Source of the DNA: Candidatus Marinacidobacterales bacterium
GTDB taxonomy: Bacteria; Acidobacteriota; Vicinamibacteria; Marinacidobacterales; DATDRI01
DNA: 64,000 nucleotides
Direction of reading: 5' to 3'
Assembly (NCBI GenBank): GCA_965226495.1
Contig: OZ245365.1
Location: forward strand, 3,072,001 to 3,136,000
Under the pieces are notes generated by a model that was given only the letters and a program-made list of their open reading frames with translations, searched no databases and was not told the DNA's origin. Of this stretch, positions 1-9,715 are shown in pieces. The position numbers were made by a program, and so were the translations under genes. The number at the start of each line of letters is the position of its first letter. Position 1 is the stretch's first letter.

Positions 1-483
1 GGGTATCGCGAACCAGAAGACGGTGAGCACGCCGATGGAAGCGCCGGACGTATAAAACCCCACCGCTCGTCCCAATTCGTGTGGCGGGAACCACTCGGAG
101 ACCGCCTTGGGCATGCCACTCAACAGAAAGGCGTAACCGATTCCAAAGGCGAAAGTGGCAAGACAGAGCCACGCAAATGTAGGAGCTATTCCCCGCCCCA
201 AGGCGAACACGGCCATCAGCAGCAGCGCGAACCCCACCCCGGCGCGAGCTCCGAAGCGATCGACCAGTATGCCGGCCGGGATCGAGAAGAGACCCATGGC
301 CAGCAACGGCAGGTTGATCCAGGTGGCCAACTGTGCAGCGCTTAGCCCGAATTCTTTGGCCACCGAGAGCTGGACCGGGCCACCCGATAGCTGGGTGAGC
401 GCACCGCTGGTGTTGGCGAGCCAGATCAGAAAGATAATGACCCAGCGATAGCCTACGGCGTCCGTCTTTGGCTCCGAGCTCAC
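1..483 (-). CDS. MFS transporter, N-terminal part (runs off the window start)
   Basis: Not in the ORF track. Manual translation from GTG at 483: MSSEPKTDAVGYRWVIIFLIWLAN...SIPAGILVDRFGARAGVG...GMPKAVSEWFPPHELGRAVG. Contains MFS motif A (GxxxDRFGxR), the WFP...GRA motif and several TM helices. Confidence 0.85.
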   Translation of the reverse strand, partial: MSSEPKTDAVGYRWVIIFLIWLANTSGALTQLSGGPVQLSVAKEFGLSAAQLATWINLPLLAMGLFSIPAGILVDRFGARAGVGFALLLMAVFALGRGIAPTFAWLCLATFAFGIGYAFLLSGMPKAVSEWFPPHELGRAVGFYTSGASIGVLTVFWFAIP

Positions 484-539
484 TGCGACGCCCCAGCGGC
501 GGCCAAGTCCTTCAAAAAGAATCTGCGGTGGATTGGCAT
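480..539 (-). CDS. 19-aa upstream mini-ORF (MPIHRRFFLKDLAAAGASQ) coupled to the MFS gene
   Basis: GGAGG RBS upstream of ATG 539; its TGA overlaps the MFS GTG (GTGA). Confidence 0.4.
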   Translation of the reverse strand: MPIHRRFFLKDLAAAGASQ

Positions 540-599
540 GCGACCTCCACGGATGTCTAGTCTCAACCGAGTGTGCTAGTTTGGGCTCGATAGAGCGCA

Positions 600-2006
600 A
601 TGGGCAAGGCATTTTCCCTCATCTGTCTCGTTCTCGCCATCCACGCGAGCATGGGGTGTGAATCGCGGCTCGCGAGCCCTCAACTGTTAGTCGCGAACGC
701 CACGCTGATTGACGGCACAGGCGCCGCTCCACGGATAGGGGTGGATGTCTTGCTTCGGGACGGCGAGATCGTAGCCATTGAAGAAGAGCTGCGGCCGACC
801 GGCCCTTTCGAGGTTCTCGATGCTACCGGTAAGTTTCTCGTACCTGGATTGATCGACGCGCACGTCCACCTGGACGCCCCGATCGTTTACCAGATAACAG
901 AACAAGAACGTTCCCGGATTTTGGAACATACACCGCGAGCGTTTCTCTATAACGGCGTCACGACGGTGCTGGATCTCTCCTCGTACGTGTCCGGGGAACC
1001 GGGTGAGATTTTGGCGAAACGCACCGCTCAGAAAGCCGGGCGTCTATTGTCCCCTCGCATCTACGCCGTGGGGCTGGCCTTCACGCCAAAAAGCGGATGG
1101 GGGCCGGACGGCGAGAGCGCTCTCAGCAGCGCCGATGAGGCTCGAAACCGAGCTCGGCGCTACGCAGCGGACGGGGTGGACGGGTTCAAGATCATGGTGG
1201 TGGATGATGTGCTGGACTCGGGAGCACTTCGGGAGAAGCTGGACCAGATGGTGGGTGCCGTAGTGCAGGAAGCGCGCCGCGCCCACCTCCCGGTCTATGC
1301 TCATGCGGTCAACCTGAGGGAATACCGGCGCGCCCTCGAGCTCACGCCCCGGGCGATCGTTCACGGCCTGGAAGACGAGATCACGGGTGACGATGCCCTC
1401 ATCGGTGAGATAGTCCGAACCGGAACCTACATCGTCCCGACTCTGAGCCTCTTCGAGTCCTTCAACCGATTCGAAGGCAACGAGACGTGGTTCGAGGATG
1501 CAATCCTGAAGGCGAGCGTTCCCTCGTTCTTGCTCGACAAGATGCGCGCCCCCGACTACATCGCAGAGGAACGACGGCGATTTTCGTCCAACGGCTTCCC
1601 CAAGACCGCCCCGGAGAGAAACGACCCCTACGCATGGGTCGTGAAGAAGCTCCCGGTGCTGAAAGAAAATGTGACGAAGATGCATCGAGCGGGCGTCAAG
1701 CTGGCGGTAGGCACCGATGCCGGCGGACGAGTGGGCTACAATTTCCAAGGCTATCAGACGCCCCGAGAGGTGGAGTTGTTGGTTGAGTGCGGACTCACTC
1801 CGATGGAGGCGATCGTCGCCGCGACACGGACCGGCGCCGAAGTGATTGGAGCGAGCGACCGCCTCGGGACCATCGAGCCGGGCAAGGTAGCCGACCTATT
1901 GGTTTTGAGCGCCGACCCCACCGAAGACATCCATCACTTGCGACAGATCGAGCTCGTCATCCAGGAAGGTCAGGTTCGGGAGAGATCGGAGCTCTCCTAC
2001 CATTAG
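600..2006 (+). CDS. Amidohydrolase-family metallohydrolase, exported (possible lipoprotein)
   Basis: PGLIDAHVH metal motif, GVTTV, GTDAG, GTIEPGKVADL; N-terminal hydrophobic signal ending in SMGC. Confidence 0.9.
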   Translation: MGKAFSLICLVLAIHASMGCESRLASPQLLVANATLIDGTGAAPRIGVDVLLRDGEIVAIEEELRPTGPFEVLDATGKFLVPGLIDAHVHLDAPIVYQITEQERSRILEHTPRAFLYNGVTTVLDLSSYVSGEPGEILAKRTAQKAGRLLSPRIYAVGLAFTPKSGWGPDGESALSSADEARNRARRYAADGVDGFKIMVVDDVLDSGALREKLDQMVGAVVQEARRAHLPVYAHAVNLREYRRALELTPRAIVHGLEDEITGDDALIGEIVRTGTYIVPTLSLFESFNRFEGNETWFEDAILKASVPSFLLDKMRAPDYIAEERRRFSSNGFPKTAPERNDPYAWVVKKLPVLKENVTKMHRAGVKLAVGTDAGGRVGYNFQGYQTPREVELLVECGLTPMEAIVAATRTGAEVIGASDRLGTIEPGKVADLLVLSADPTEDIHHLRQIELVIQEGQVRERSELSYH

Positions 2007-2084
2007 TGGAGACTATTGAGATCCGCTGGCTCGGGCGAGTGGCCGGTCGAAGGGAGGCGAATGCAGGCCAAAGCCTGTAGAGAG

Positions 2085-2117
2085 AAAAAGGCCGGCTGCG
2101 GTTTCCCGCAGCCGGCC
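2085..2117 (-). terminator. Rho-independent terminator of the TBDR gene
   Basis: Perfect 12-bp stem GGCCGGCTGCGG-TTTC-CCGCAGCCGGCC with an A5 run on its left, i.e. a U-tract on the minus strand; lies between convergent genes. Confidence 0.8.
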
Positions 2118-2141
2118 TGCAAGTGATCAGAGCTGAGCTAC

Positions 2142-5100
2142 CTAGAAGTCGACCTTAAAGCCGATCTGGACCTCACGACCCGGGAAGGGCTCGACGGTGC
2201 TGCCGAAGACATTACCCGTACAGCCGCCCGGATCGGGCAGACCGTTGCCGGTCGAGTCTTGACAGGTCGAGTTCAGCACGAACGGGTTCGCACGGTTCGT
2301 CAGGTTGAAGAACTCGATGAGCGCCGTGAAGTTGTTCCCTTCTCCGAACGGCAGGTTCCACGCCAGCCGGAAATCGATGTTGAAGAAGTCCGGTCCAAAG
2401 AACTCACCCTTCTCCGTTCCGATGAGACGATTGTCGAAGATGTCGTCTCCGTCGGTGTCGAACGGAAGCCCCGCCGCATTGAACGGGCGACCCGACTGCC
2501 AGTCCGCCCGACCCGAGATGTCAAAGCCGGCAGGTAGTCGATACAAACCGCTGAAGACCATCACATGCTTCGGTGTGTTCAAGCTGACGCCAATGTCACG
2601 CTCTGGAAAGTTGTTCCACAGGAAGCTGATCTCGGCGCCGCGCGGCGGCACTCTCAGCGTCGAGAAGTTGTCGGTAGCGTCGGTGAACGTATAGCTCAGC
2701 AAGAAGTTGTAGTTATTGCGGAATCGCTTCTGCAACGCAAGGGTCAACGCATTGGTATCCAGGAAACCGAGGTTTTCGATCTCGCCGAGACACGGCCCTG
2801 GGCCGTCCACCGTATTCGCGGTGCAGCTGCCAGCGATAGGCTCCAGAAGCAGGTTGACGATGCGACGCGACAGAAGATCCTTCGAACGTCGGATGTGAAA
2901 CTCGGCGTCAATGGTGAAGTCGTCGGTCAGCGCCTGCTCCACTCCGAAGTTCAGCGCATCGGTGTAAGGCAACGAATGGTCGTCCGATAGAGTCGTGATC
3001 CGGGTCACCTCAACGTCGAGCTGACGGAACAAGAAAGCCAACGGACGGTTGTTGACGATACTCGCGTCACCTCGCTGCTCGAGATACGTGAACTGCTCAC
3101 CTGCCCCGAACGGATGGGGAAAGGCGTCATTGAGGATCGCCACCGCTGCTTCCGGCGAGAGCCTTCCTCCGGTTAGCTCCGGAATGCTGTCGTAGGTCAG
3201 CACCGGCGGCAGCGTCGGATCGTCCACCTTGATGCCCAGAAGGTCGTAGATGACGTAGGGATTACCCTGTCCGGTGATCACAGAGTCTTCTACAGTTTTG
3301 CCGTCGCGGTTGATCAGGAACGTACCCGGTGAGGTCAGCGTAAAGCCCTCCGGCATGATTTGCTCGAAGAGCGACGGGTTCGTCAGCACACGGCTGTTCG
3401 ACGCCTGCAGGGGGCCGAACGCTCCCAGCGCAGGATTGTTGTAGAAGGAAGCGCCTCGAGGAATGGTCTGCACCGACTGTCCCGCGGTCTGGATACCGCC
3501 CAACTCCGGTGTGAACGCGATCACCTCGGCAACGCTTACATCGTAGAACCGACCCCAGCCGGCGCGGAGGATCGTCCGTCCTTCCTGCTTCAAGTCATAG
3601 GCAATTCCGGTGCGCCATGCCACGCCACCGCTGCTGAACAAGCTGGCGTAGTCCCAACGGACTCCGAGATTCAGAGTGATCCCGGGTTTCGGCTCCCAAG
3701 AATCCTGACCGTAAGCGGCCCAGTTGTTCGTGCTACCGATCGCCCGGTTGTTGTCCGGCCCGGAGCCCTCCACGATGACGGTGTTCCCTATCTGCGCGCT
3801 GATGTCGTAGCCGAGTGCCTCGAAGTTGGTATCCAGAGCCGAGTTGCCGATGATGATGCTTTGCGGCGGTTGGAAGAAATGATCGATCGCCACGTGATCG
3901 AGGTCGATGCCGAACTTGAAGGCATGACTGCCCGTGCTCTCCGAGTCCATGAAGTACGACAAATGCTCCTGCCATTGCCACCGCTCTTGAGAACGATCGA
4001 TCTGACCCACTCCGGATGAATTGGACACGAAGATTTGGAAATTGGGTTGGAAGATCAGCGGGAACAGCTGCTCCGCAGTTGCCGGTTTGTCGGCGTTCTC
4101 TAGGTAGCTGCTATCCCAATACCGGATAGACGACTCCAAGAACGACGTGTCGCTGAAGAATCCCGTGTGACGAGCGTTGAGGCTGTTGGTGTTCCGGTCG
4201 ATGTCCGATGCCGTCGAGGGCAGCGTGATCGTCCCCGGCGGCGGTGAACCGAATAACGCCGTCGCAGGCGGCTGGAAGTCATTCTGCGACCCGCGGTTCA
4301 GGTTCCACGTCACGAACACCTGATTCTTCGCGTTGAACCGGTGATCGAACTTGAACAAGTTCGTGATCCTCGAGTCCTCGGGAACCGCATCCAGAGGCTC
4401 ACCACCCGTGGCCGGCGAAAAATAGCCCGCCTGCAAAATCGGCGTCAGGACCGACTGGTCCAAATTGGACCCACGGCTTTCCTTCACGTACTGGAACGCA
4501 TCGAAGAAAAACGTGCTGTCCGTCTTAATCGGACCACCGATCGTCCCGCCAACCTCGTATCGCTCGAGCGCTGGGACGTCCTGACCGTCGACGTTCGACG
4601 AGTTCAGCGAATCGTCCCGGATGAAAAAGAACCCCCGCGCGTCGACCTGGTTCGTTCCAGAGCGCGTCACGATGTTCGTCACCGCACCCGACGCCCGGCC
4701 GTACTCTGCCGGATACCCTGCCAGGTAGACCTTGAACTCCTGAATCGCGTCCTGCACGAAAAACTCCGCCGCACCACGCGTCCACAGGTCGTTGGCATCG
4801 TTTCCGTCGATCAGGAACGAGTTCGAGATCGCTCGCTCACCGAAGACGGTGAACGTCGTCCCCTGGTCTGAGGCCGAAGGCCGTTTCGCCACACCCGGAA
4901 CCAACTCGACGAGATCGATGAACTCCCGACCCTTCAACGGAATGTTGTCGATCGTCCTGTTGTCGATAGGAACGCCGAGACCTGATTCCTTCACTCGAAC
5001 AGGGGCGGAGTCGGCCATGACCGTAATCGTCTCTTCCACTCCCGCGAGTTGAAGCGAGACCGAGACACGGACCGTCGTCCCGACCGGCACAGTAATGCTG

Positions 5101-5384
5101 GTCACCGTTTCCGTCGCAAAACCCGACAACTCTACTTTGACCTGATACGTACCGGCCTGGAGAGCCGGTATGAAGTACCCGCCCGAACCATCCGTCGTCA
5201 CCGTCACCGTGCCGCGAATCAGCGCCGGGCTGCTCGCGGTCACGGTCGCTCCAGGCAATACCGCTCCGCCTTGGTCGCTGACCGTCCCTTCGATGGTACC
5301 GGTAATGCCCTGCGCCGTAACCACGGATGCCGTGGCGACAGCCATCAAGGCTAAGAGGAAGATACGTAGAAACAATGACTTCAT
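2142..5384 (-). CDS. TonB-dependent receptor, Oar-like, with carboxypeptidase-regulatory-like N-terminal domain
   Basis: Signal peptide; GTIEGTVSDQGGAVLPGATVT; plug motifs DAIQEFKV...AEYGRASGAVTNIVTRSGTN; YGQDSW...TLNLGVRWDY; C-terminal GREVQIGFKVDF. Confidence 0.93.
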   Translation of the reverse strand: MKSLFLRIFLLALMAVATASVVTAQGITGTIEGTVSDQGGAVLPGATVTASSPALIRGTVTVTTDGSGGYFIPALQAGTYQVKVELSGFATETVTSITVPVGTTVRVSVSLQLAGVEETITVMADSAPVRVKESGLGVPIDNRTIDNIPLKGREFIDLVELVPGVAKRPSASDQGTTFTVFGERAISNSFLIDGNDANDLWTRGAAEFFVQDAIQEFKVYLAGYPAEYGRASGAVTNIVTRSGTNQVDARGFFFIRDDSLNSSNVDGQDVPALERYEVGGTIGGPIKTDSTFFFDAFQYVKESRGSNLDQSVLTPILQAGYFSPATGGEPLDAVPEDSRITNLFKFDHRFNAKNQVFVTWNLNRGSQNDFQPPATALFGSPPPGTITLPSTASDIDRNTNSLNARHTGFFSDTSFLESSIRYWDSSYLENADKPATAEQLFPLIFQPNFQIFVSNSSGVGQIDRSQERWQWQEHLSYFMDSESTGSHAFKFGIDLDHVAIDHFFQPPQSIIIGNSALDTNFEALGYDISAQIGNTVIVEGSGPDNNRAIGSTNNWAAYGQDSWEPKPGITLNLGVRWDYASLFSSGGVAWRTGIAYDLKQEGRTILRAGWGRFYDVSVAEVIAFTPELGGIQTAGQSVQTIPRGASFYNNPALGAFGPLQASNSRVLTNPSLFEQIMPEGFTLTSPGTFLINRDGKTVEDSVITGQGNPYVIYDLLGIKVDDPTLPPVLTYDSIPELTGGRLSPEAAVAILNDAFPHPFGAGEQFTYLEQRGDASIVNNRPLAFLFRQLDVEVTRITTLSDDHSLPYTDALNFGVEQALTDDFTIDAEFHIRRSKDLLSRRIVNLLLEPIAGSCTANTVDGPGPCLGEIENLGFLDTNALTLALQKRFRNNYNFLLSYTFTDATDNFSTLRVPPRGAEISFLWNNFPERDIGVSLNTPKHVMVFSGLYRLPAGFDISGRADWQSGRPFNAAGLPFDTDGDDIFDNRLIGTEKGEFFGPDFFNIDFRLAWNLPFGEGNNFTALIEFFNLTNRANPFVLNSTCQDSTGNGLPDPGGCTGNVFGSTVEPFPGREVQIGFKVDF

Positions 5385-5608
5385 CGGTGATTCTCCTATT
5401 GAGGGTGTTTGAGGATAGCCCCGATACGCGCTCGGGAAGACCCCTGGTGTGGCGAAAAAAACAGTGCTGGCGAATCCTGACCCAATATATTGGCGCTCTC
5501 AGCCGGCGGCATGGAGTCCCAGCTTCGAACCCCACCACGGGCATATCTGCCGGATCCTAAGCGGTTCATCCACGCCAGTCAAGTGGTTTATGGCTGGACG
5601 GGCGCCCC

Positions 5609-6322
5609 TTATTTCACCTGGAAAATCGCCCCATCGGACAAGGTGAGTCGCTTGCCATCGAAGGTGGCGTTCATCGTCTCATCGCGGCGGTAGGCAACTT
5701 TGGTGCCTTTGGCCTCTGCCCACCGCAGCACCTGGAGGGTGTAGGATTCCCCCCGGCGCTCAAAGGCGCCACAGCCCGTGACCACGCCGTCGTCCTGAGC
5801 CGCGACCAGCAGGAAGCGACCGTCGACGAATGCCAGCATCCCACCCACCAGCTCGTGGATCTCGCCGACGCCATCACCGAGTCGTTTGAAGGTCTGCACG
5901 GTCCCGCTCCCAAAAGTAAGCGTCATCTTGTCGCCGGTGCGCTCCACCGCCAGCTGATGCTCCGTCCTCCCCCGCTCCGAGAAAGGTGGTGCTTTCTTCG
6001 GCGAGACGCTGACGGTTTGCTCGGCCACCATCTCGATGCCGTCCGGACCGTGCCGGTAGGTCCCCGCGTGTGCCATCGCTCCTTGGGTCTCGAAGGGCTC
6101 TCCGTCATTGATGGACTGCTGGACGAATTTCCCATCCTTGAAGACGAACATGCCCGTCAGAGCAAACTCCTCTTGCCCCGGCGGCGTGAGGCCGGTGTAG
6201 GCCCACAGTCCTTCCGCCGCTTCGCTTCCGGACTCCGGGGCTTCGGCCGTCGCGACCGCGTCCAGCGCGCTCGACACGGCTAGCACATACAACAACAGGA
6301 CAGTCATGATTACGGTTCTCAT
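5609..6322 (-). CDS. Exported hypothetical protein with two internally repeated beta-rich (lipocalin-like) units
   Basis: Signal peptide; halves similar (GMFVFKDGKF...AGTY versus GMLAFVDGRF...CGAF); GAGGGG RBS. Confidence 0.7.
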   Translation of the reverse strand: MRTVIMTVLLLYVLAVSSALDAVATAEAPESGSEAAEGLWAYTGLTPPGQEEFALTGMFVFKDGKFVQQSINDGEPFETQGAMAHAGTYRHGPDGIEMVAEQTVSVSPKKAPPFSERGRTEHQLAVERTGDKMTLTFGSGTVQTFKRLGDGVGEIHELVGGMLAFVDGRFLLVAAQDDGVVTGCGAFERRGESYTLQVLRWAEAKGTKVAYRRDETMNATFDGKRLTLSDGAIFQVK

Positions 6323-6387
6323 TGATTCCCCTCTCGAGTTCGACTTGACGGAAACAGGTTCATCAGCTATTGAAACACGAGGTTAAC

Positions 6388-7290
6388 ATGCACAAGACGA
6401 CTTTGCTGATAATGGCTCTCGCTTGTTTTCACTTAAGCAATGCGGCCGCGCAAGACCGATCCACGTACGCCACGCACCTGAACGCGTCGAGTTCCGGGAT
6501 CGACTGGGTCGCCTTCTACGACAAGATCGACGCGCTGACGGCAGAAACGCGAAAAGAGCTCCCGCATCACCTCGATCTCTCATACGGCGAGGACCCTAAG
6601 CAGAAGCTCGACCTGTATCTTCCTCGGAACGAAGCCGCCGGCCCGGTCTACATCTTCATTCACGGCGGAGGATTCGTCGAAGGCGACCGAGTGCACTATG
6701 GCTACGTGGCTCAGCCGCTCGCGGCTCATGGGATCGTGACCGTGGTGATGAGCTACCGGCTTTCCCCCGCCCACTACCCCGCCCAGGTCCAGGATGTCCA
6801 GGCGGTATTGGCCTGGGTGTATCGCCACATCAAAGAGTATGGTGGCGACCCTTCACAAATTTACATCGGCGGTCACTCGGCCGGCGCCATTCTGTCGGCG
6901 TTTGTGTCGGTCAACAGTACCTGGCTTTCCTCTATGTCTCTTCCCGACGATCTCATCAAGGGCTACGTTCCAATCAGCGGTCCCTATGATCTTCGCAAGC
7001 CGGGCGGTTTCGTCGACAACTATTTGCCCGATGACGCCAAACGCACCGAGGCGAGCCCGGTTCTCAATATCCAGAACGTTGCTCCGAAGGCCGTTGTGGC
7101 AGTCGGTACGCTGGAGAAACCGTACCTCGAATCATCGAAGGTGTTCGTGGCAGCGCTTCGCGAGGCAGGTGGCGATGCAAAACTCATCGTGCTCGACGGC
7201 ATGGCTCATGACGCTACTGCTTTGACCGCGGGAGATGAGGACGGCCCTCTCGTCCAAGCCTTGATCGAGCTGATCGAGTCCAACCGTTAG
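6388..7290 (+). CDS. Alpha/beta hydrolase (HSL / arylformamidase-like), exported
   Basis: LDLYLP, HGGG oxyanion hole, GHSAG nucleophile, late His (MAHD); signal peptide; GAGG RBS before ATG 6388. Confidence 0.9.
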   Translation: MHKTTLLIMALACFHLSNAAAQDRSTYATHLNASSSGIDWVAFYDKIDALTAETRKELPHHLDLSYGEDPKQKLDLYLPRNEAAGPVYIFIHGGGFVEGDRVHYGYVAQPLAAHGIVTVVMSYRLSPAHYPAQVQDVQAVLAWVYRHIKEYGGDPSQIYIGGHSAGAILSAFVSVNSTWLSSMSLPDDLIKGYVPISGPYDLRKPGGFVDNYLPDDAKRTEASPVLNIQNVAPKAVVAVGTLEKPYLESSKVFVAALREAGGDAKLIVLDGMAHDATALTAGDEDGPLVQALIELIESNR

Positions 7291-7316
7291 AATTAGTGCC
7301 GTTCCAATTAACGCTG

Positions 7317-7406
7317 CCCCTCACCCTACCCTCTCCCCAAACGGGGAGAGGGAAAAAGGAACCCCCTCACCTTACCCTCTCCCCAAAACGGGGAGAGGGA
7401 AAAAAA
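7317..7406. repeat. Two tandem REP-like palindromic units CCCTCACC(C/T)TACCCTCTCCCC-loop-GGGGAGAGGG
   Basis: Near-identical ~42-bp units at 7317 and 7362, each with a CCCTCTCCCC/GGGGAGAGGG stem followed by an A-run. Confidence 0.8.
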
Positions 7407-7505
7407 CAAGACTTGTGCCTCCCAGCGAGACCCATATAGAATCGGAACCAAGACAAAGGCCGAGTCCTTCTGGCAGGGGCCGAGCCTGAACTCACGGAGC
7501 CACAC

Positions 7506-7895
7506 ATGTCCGCAAACAAAGACCTCACGAAATCCATGTTCGAACGATTCAACGCTACGGATGCCGACGGCCTTTCGCCATTGGTCAGTGATGGCGTGAA
7601 ACACAGCGCACCGGGGACCCAGTTCGGCGTCGATCTTGAGGGGAAAACGGTGTTTATCGCCTATTTTCGCGAAAAAGTGTTCCCGAAGTTCGAGAAGATC
7701 CACTTCATGCTGGACAACGTGTTCGAAGATGCCGAAGCGGGTGTCGTCGTCACAGAATGGCACGGAGATTTTCTCACCAAGGCTGGCAAGCCGTTCTCGA
7801 GCAAGGGCGTCTTCGTCGTGACGATCGCCGACGGAAAGATCGACTGGGTGCGCGAGTACTTCGACACCGAGAAAACCAAGCAAGCCATGAGCTAA
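7506..7895 (+). CDS. SnoaL/NTF2-like protein
   Basis: 129 aa; VVTEWHG...GKPFSSKGVFVVTIADGKIDWVREYFDT is a typical SnoaL-like C-terminus. Confidence 0.85.
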   Translation: MSANKDLTKSMFERFNATDADGLSPLVSDGVKHSAPGTQFGVDLEGKTVFIAYFREKVFPKFEKIHFMLDNVFEDAEAGVVVTEWHGDFLTKAGKPFSSKGVFVVTIADGKIDWVREYFDTEKTKQAMS

Positions 7896-7924
7896 GACCC
7901 ATAGGTCGAGGGAGGGCTGGGGAG

Positions 7925-9715
7925 ATGTCAAGCCAGGGCAAAGAAAAGCGCCAGGTAGATCCGATTACGCTGGCGGTGGTCAGGGGCGCGCTCGAAACGA
8001 CCCAACGTCAGATGACTCTGACCATGGAGAGAACCGGACGCTCGAGCGTCGTAGCCGTTTCGCGCGACTTCTCCAACGCCATCTTCAACTGGACTCCCGA
8101 GATGATCGTGCAAGGGCAGGACCTGCCGATTCACTTGGGCTCTCTGATCTTGGCGACCCAAACCATATCCAAATATTTCGAGGACGACATCGAGCCTGGC
8201 GACGTGATCATCCACAACGATCCTGTCTACGACGGAAGTCACACGTTGGACTGGTGCCAATACAAGCCCGTCTACTACGAGAACGAAATCGTCTTCTGGC
8301 TGGTCAGCAAGGGACACATGGCGGATGGAGGCGGACCCGTTCCGGGCGGCTACAACCCGGACGCGACCGAGATCTACGCGGAAAGTTTGCGCATCCCACC
8401 GATCAAGATCATCGAAGCCGGAAAGCTGAAGAAAGATCTCTTCAACCTCCTAGTGACGAACGTCCGCACGCGGGAGAACATATCCGGCGACCTGAGAGCA
8501 CAGCTCGGAGCGCTCCGGGTGGGCGAGCGAAATTTGCTCGCGCTTCTGAAGAAGTATGGAAAAGAAGAGGTCAAGGCATGCGTCTCGGAACTCTTGAATC
8601 TCTCCGAACGCCACATGCGTGAGCTGATCCAGGAGCTCCCCGACGGCGTCCACCGCGGACAAGCCATGGTGGAAGACATCGGACACGGTTTGGGAGACAA
8701 GCCGGTCGATGTCGAGGTCGAGGTCGCGGGAGACGGAATGAAGATCCGTTTGGAGGCGCCACCTCAGATTCCCTTCTACACGAACTCCTATCGAGCCAAC
8801 ACCACGAGTGCGGTCTACCTCGGGCTCGTCATGTTCATGAAGCCGGAGCCGCCTTACAACGAAGGGATGTACCGACCCATCGAGCTCGACTACGGCCCAC
8901 ATGGAACCATGGTCAACGCGAAGGAGCCGGCTCCTCATGTCGCAAGTACCACCTGCCCGGCGGAGACGGTTACCGATGCGGTCCGGAACACACTGGCGGC
9001 AGCCTACCCCGGCAGAGCCTCCGCAGGCTGGGGGCATTGCTCCTGCATCAACGTGTCCGGTATCGATCCCAGGAGCCAAGCCGAATACGTCCACATGATG
9101 GTCTCGACGCTCGCCTGTGGCGCCGGTGCGGTCGAGGGATTGGACGGATGGCACGGGGTCGGCCCGCAAGCAGGGTTGGGAGGGGCCACCTGCGGTGAAC
9201 AGGAACAGCTCGAGTATGGCTATCCGCTCATCGTTCACGATTACTCGATCACGAAAGACTCGGCGGCGGCCGGTCAATTCCGTGGTGGTTGCGGCGTGAC
9301 CTGCGAAGTGGAACCGGTCGGACACGAGATGACCGTGGTGGTGTGGGGTGAAGGTCGCAAGTATCCCGCATCCAATACGGAGGGAGCGAAGTCGGTTTGG
9401 ATCGACAACAAGATCTGCCAGGTCGAGCTGATCAAGGAAGACGGCTCGGTGGAGACGATCCGCGAGAACAAGGTGCTCAAGATCAGACCGGGCGAGCGCA
9501 TCCGCACCACTAGCGCCGGAGGTGGCGCAGTCGGTCCGCCGTTGGCGCGCGATCCCAAGGCGGTGGCCGGCGACGTCCTCAACGAAAAGGTATCCGTCGA
9601 GGGCGCCCGCGTCGAATACGGCGTGGTGATCGATCCCAAATCACACCAAGTCGACGAGGCAGCAACCACGAAACTGCGTGCGGAATCACGAGACAAAGTG
9701 CACCATGGGGTATAA
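7925..9715 (+). CDS. Hydantoinase B/oxoprolinase family subunit
   Basis: DPITLAVV, RDFS, NDPVYDGSHTLD, HMADGGG, TEIYAE.LRIPP, GQFRGG, GGG..G.P..RDP; start reassigned to ATG 7925. Confidence 0.92.
   Translation: MSSQGKEKRQVDPITLAVVRGALETTQRQMTLTMERTGRSSVVAVSRDFSNAIFNWTPEMIVQGQDLPIHLGSLILATQTISKYFEDDIEPGDVIIHNDPVYDGSHTLDWCQYKPVYYENEIVFWLVSKGHMADGGGPVPGGYNPDATEIYAESLRIPPIKIIEAGKLKKDLFNLLVTNVRTRENISGDLRAQLGALRVGERNLLALLKKYGKEEVKACVSELLNLSERHMRELIQELPDGVHRGQAMVEDIGHGLGDKPVDVEVEVAGDGMKIRLEAPPQIPFYTNSYRANTTSAVYLGLVMFMKPEPPYNEGMYRPIELDYGPHGTMVNAKEPAPHVASTTCPAETVTDAVRNTLAAAYPGRASAGWGHCSCINVSGIDPRSQAEYVHMMVSTLACGAGAVEGLDGWHGVGPQAGLGGATCGEQEQLEYGYPLIVHDYSITKDSAAAGQFRGGCGVTCEVEPVGHEMTVVVWGEGRKYPASNTEGAKSVWIDNKICQVELIKEDGSVETIRENKVLKIRPGERIRTTSAGGGAVGPPLARDPKAVAGDVLNEKVSVEGARVEYGVVIDPKSHQVDEAATTKLRAESRDKVHHGV

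Noticed and set aside
7757-7924. N-terminal extension of the hydantoinase B ORF
   Set aside because: Overlaps the SnoaL gene; family similarity begins at ATG 7925
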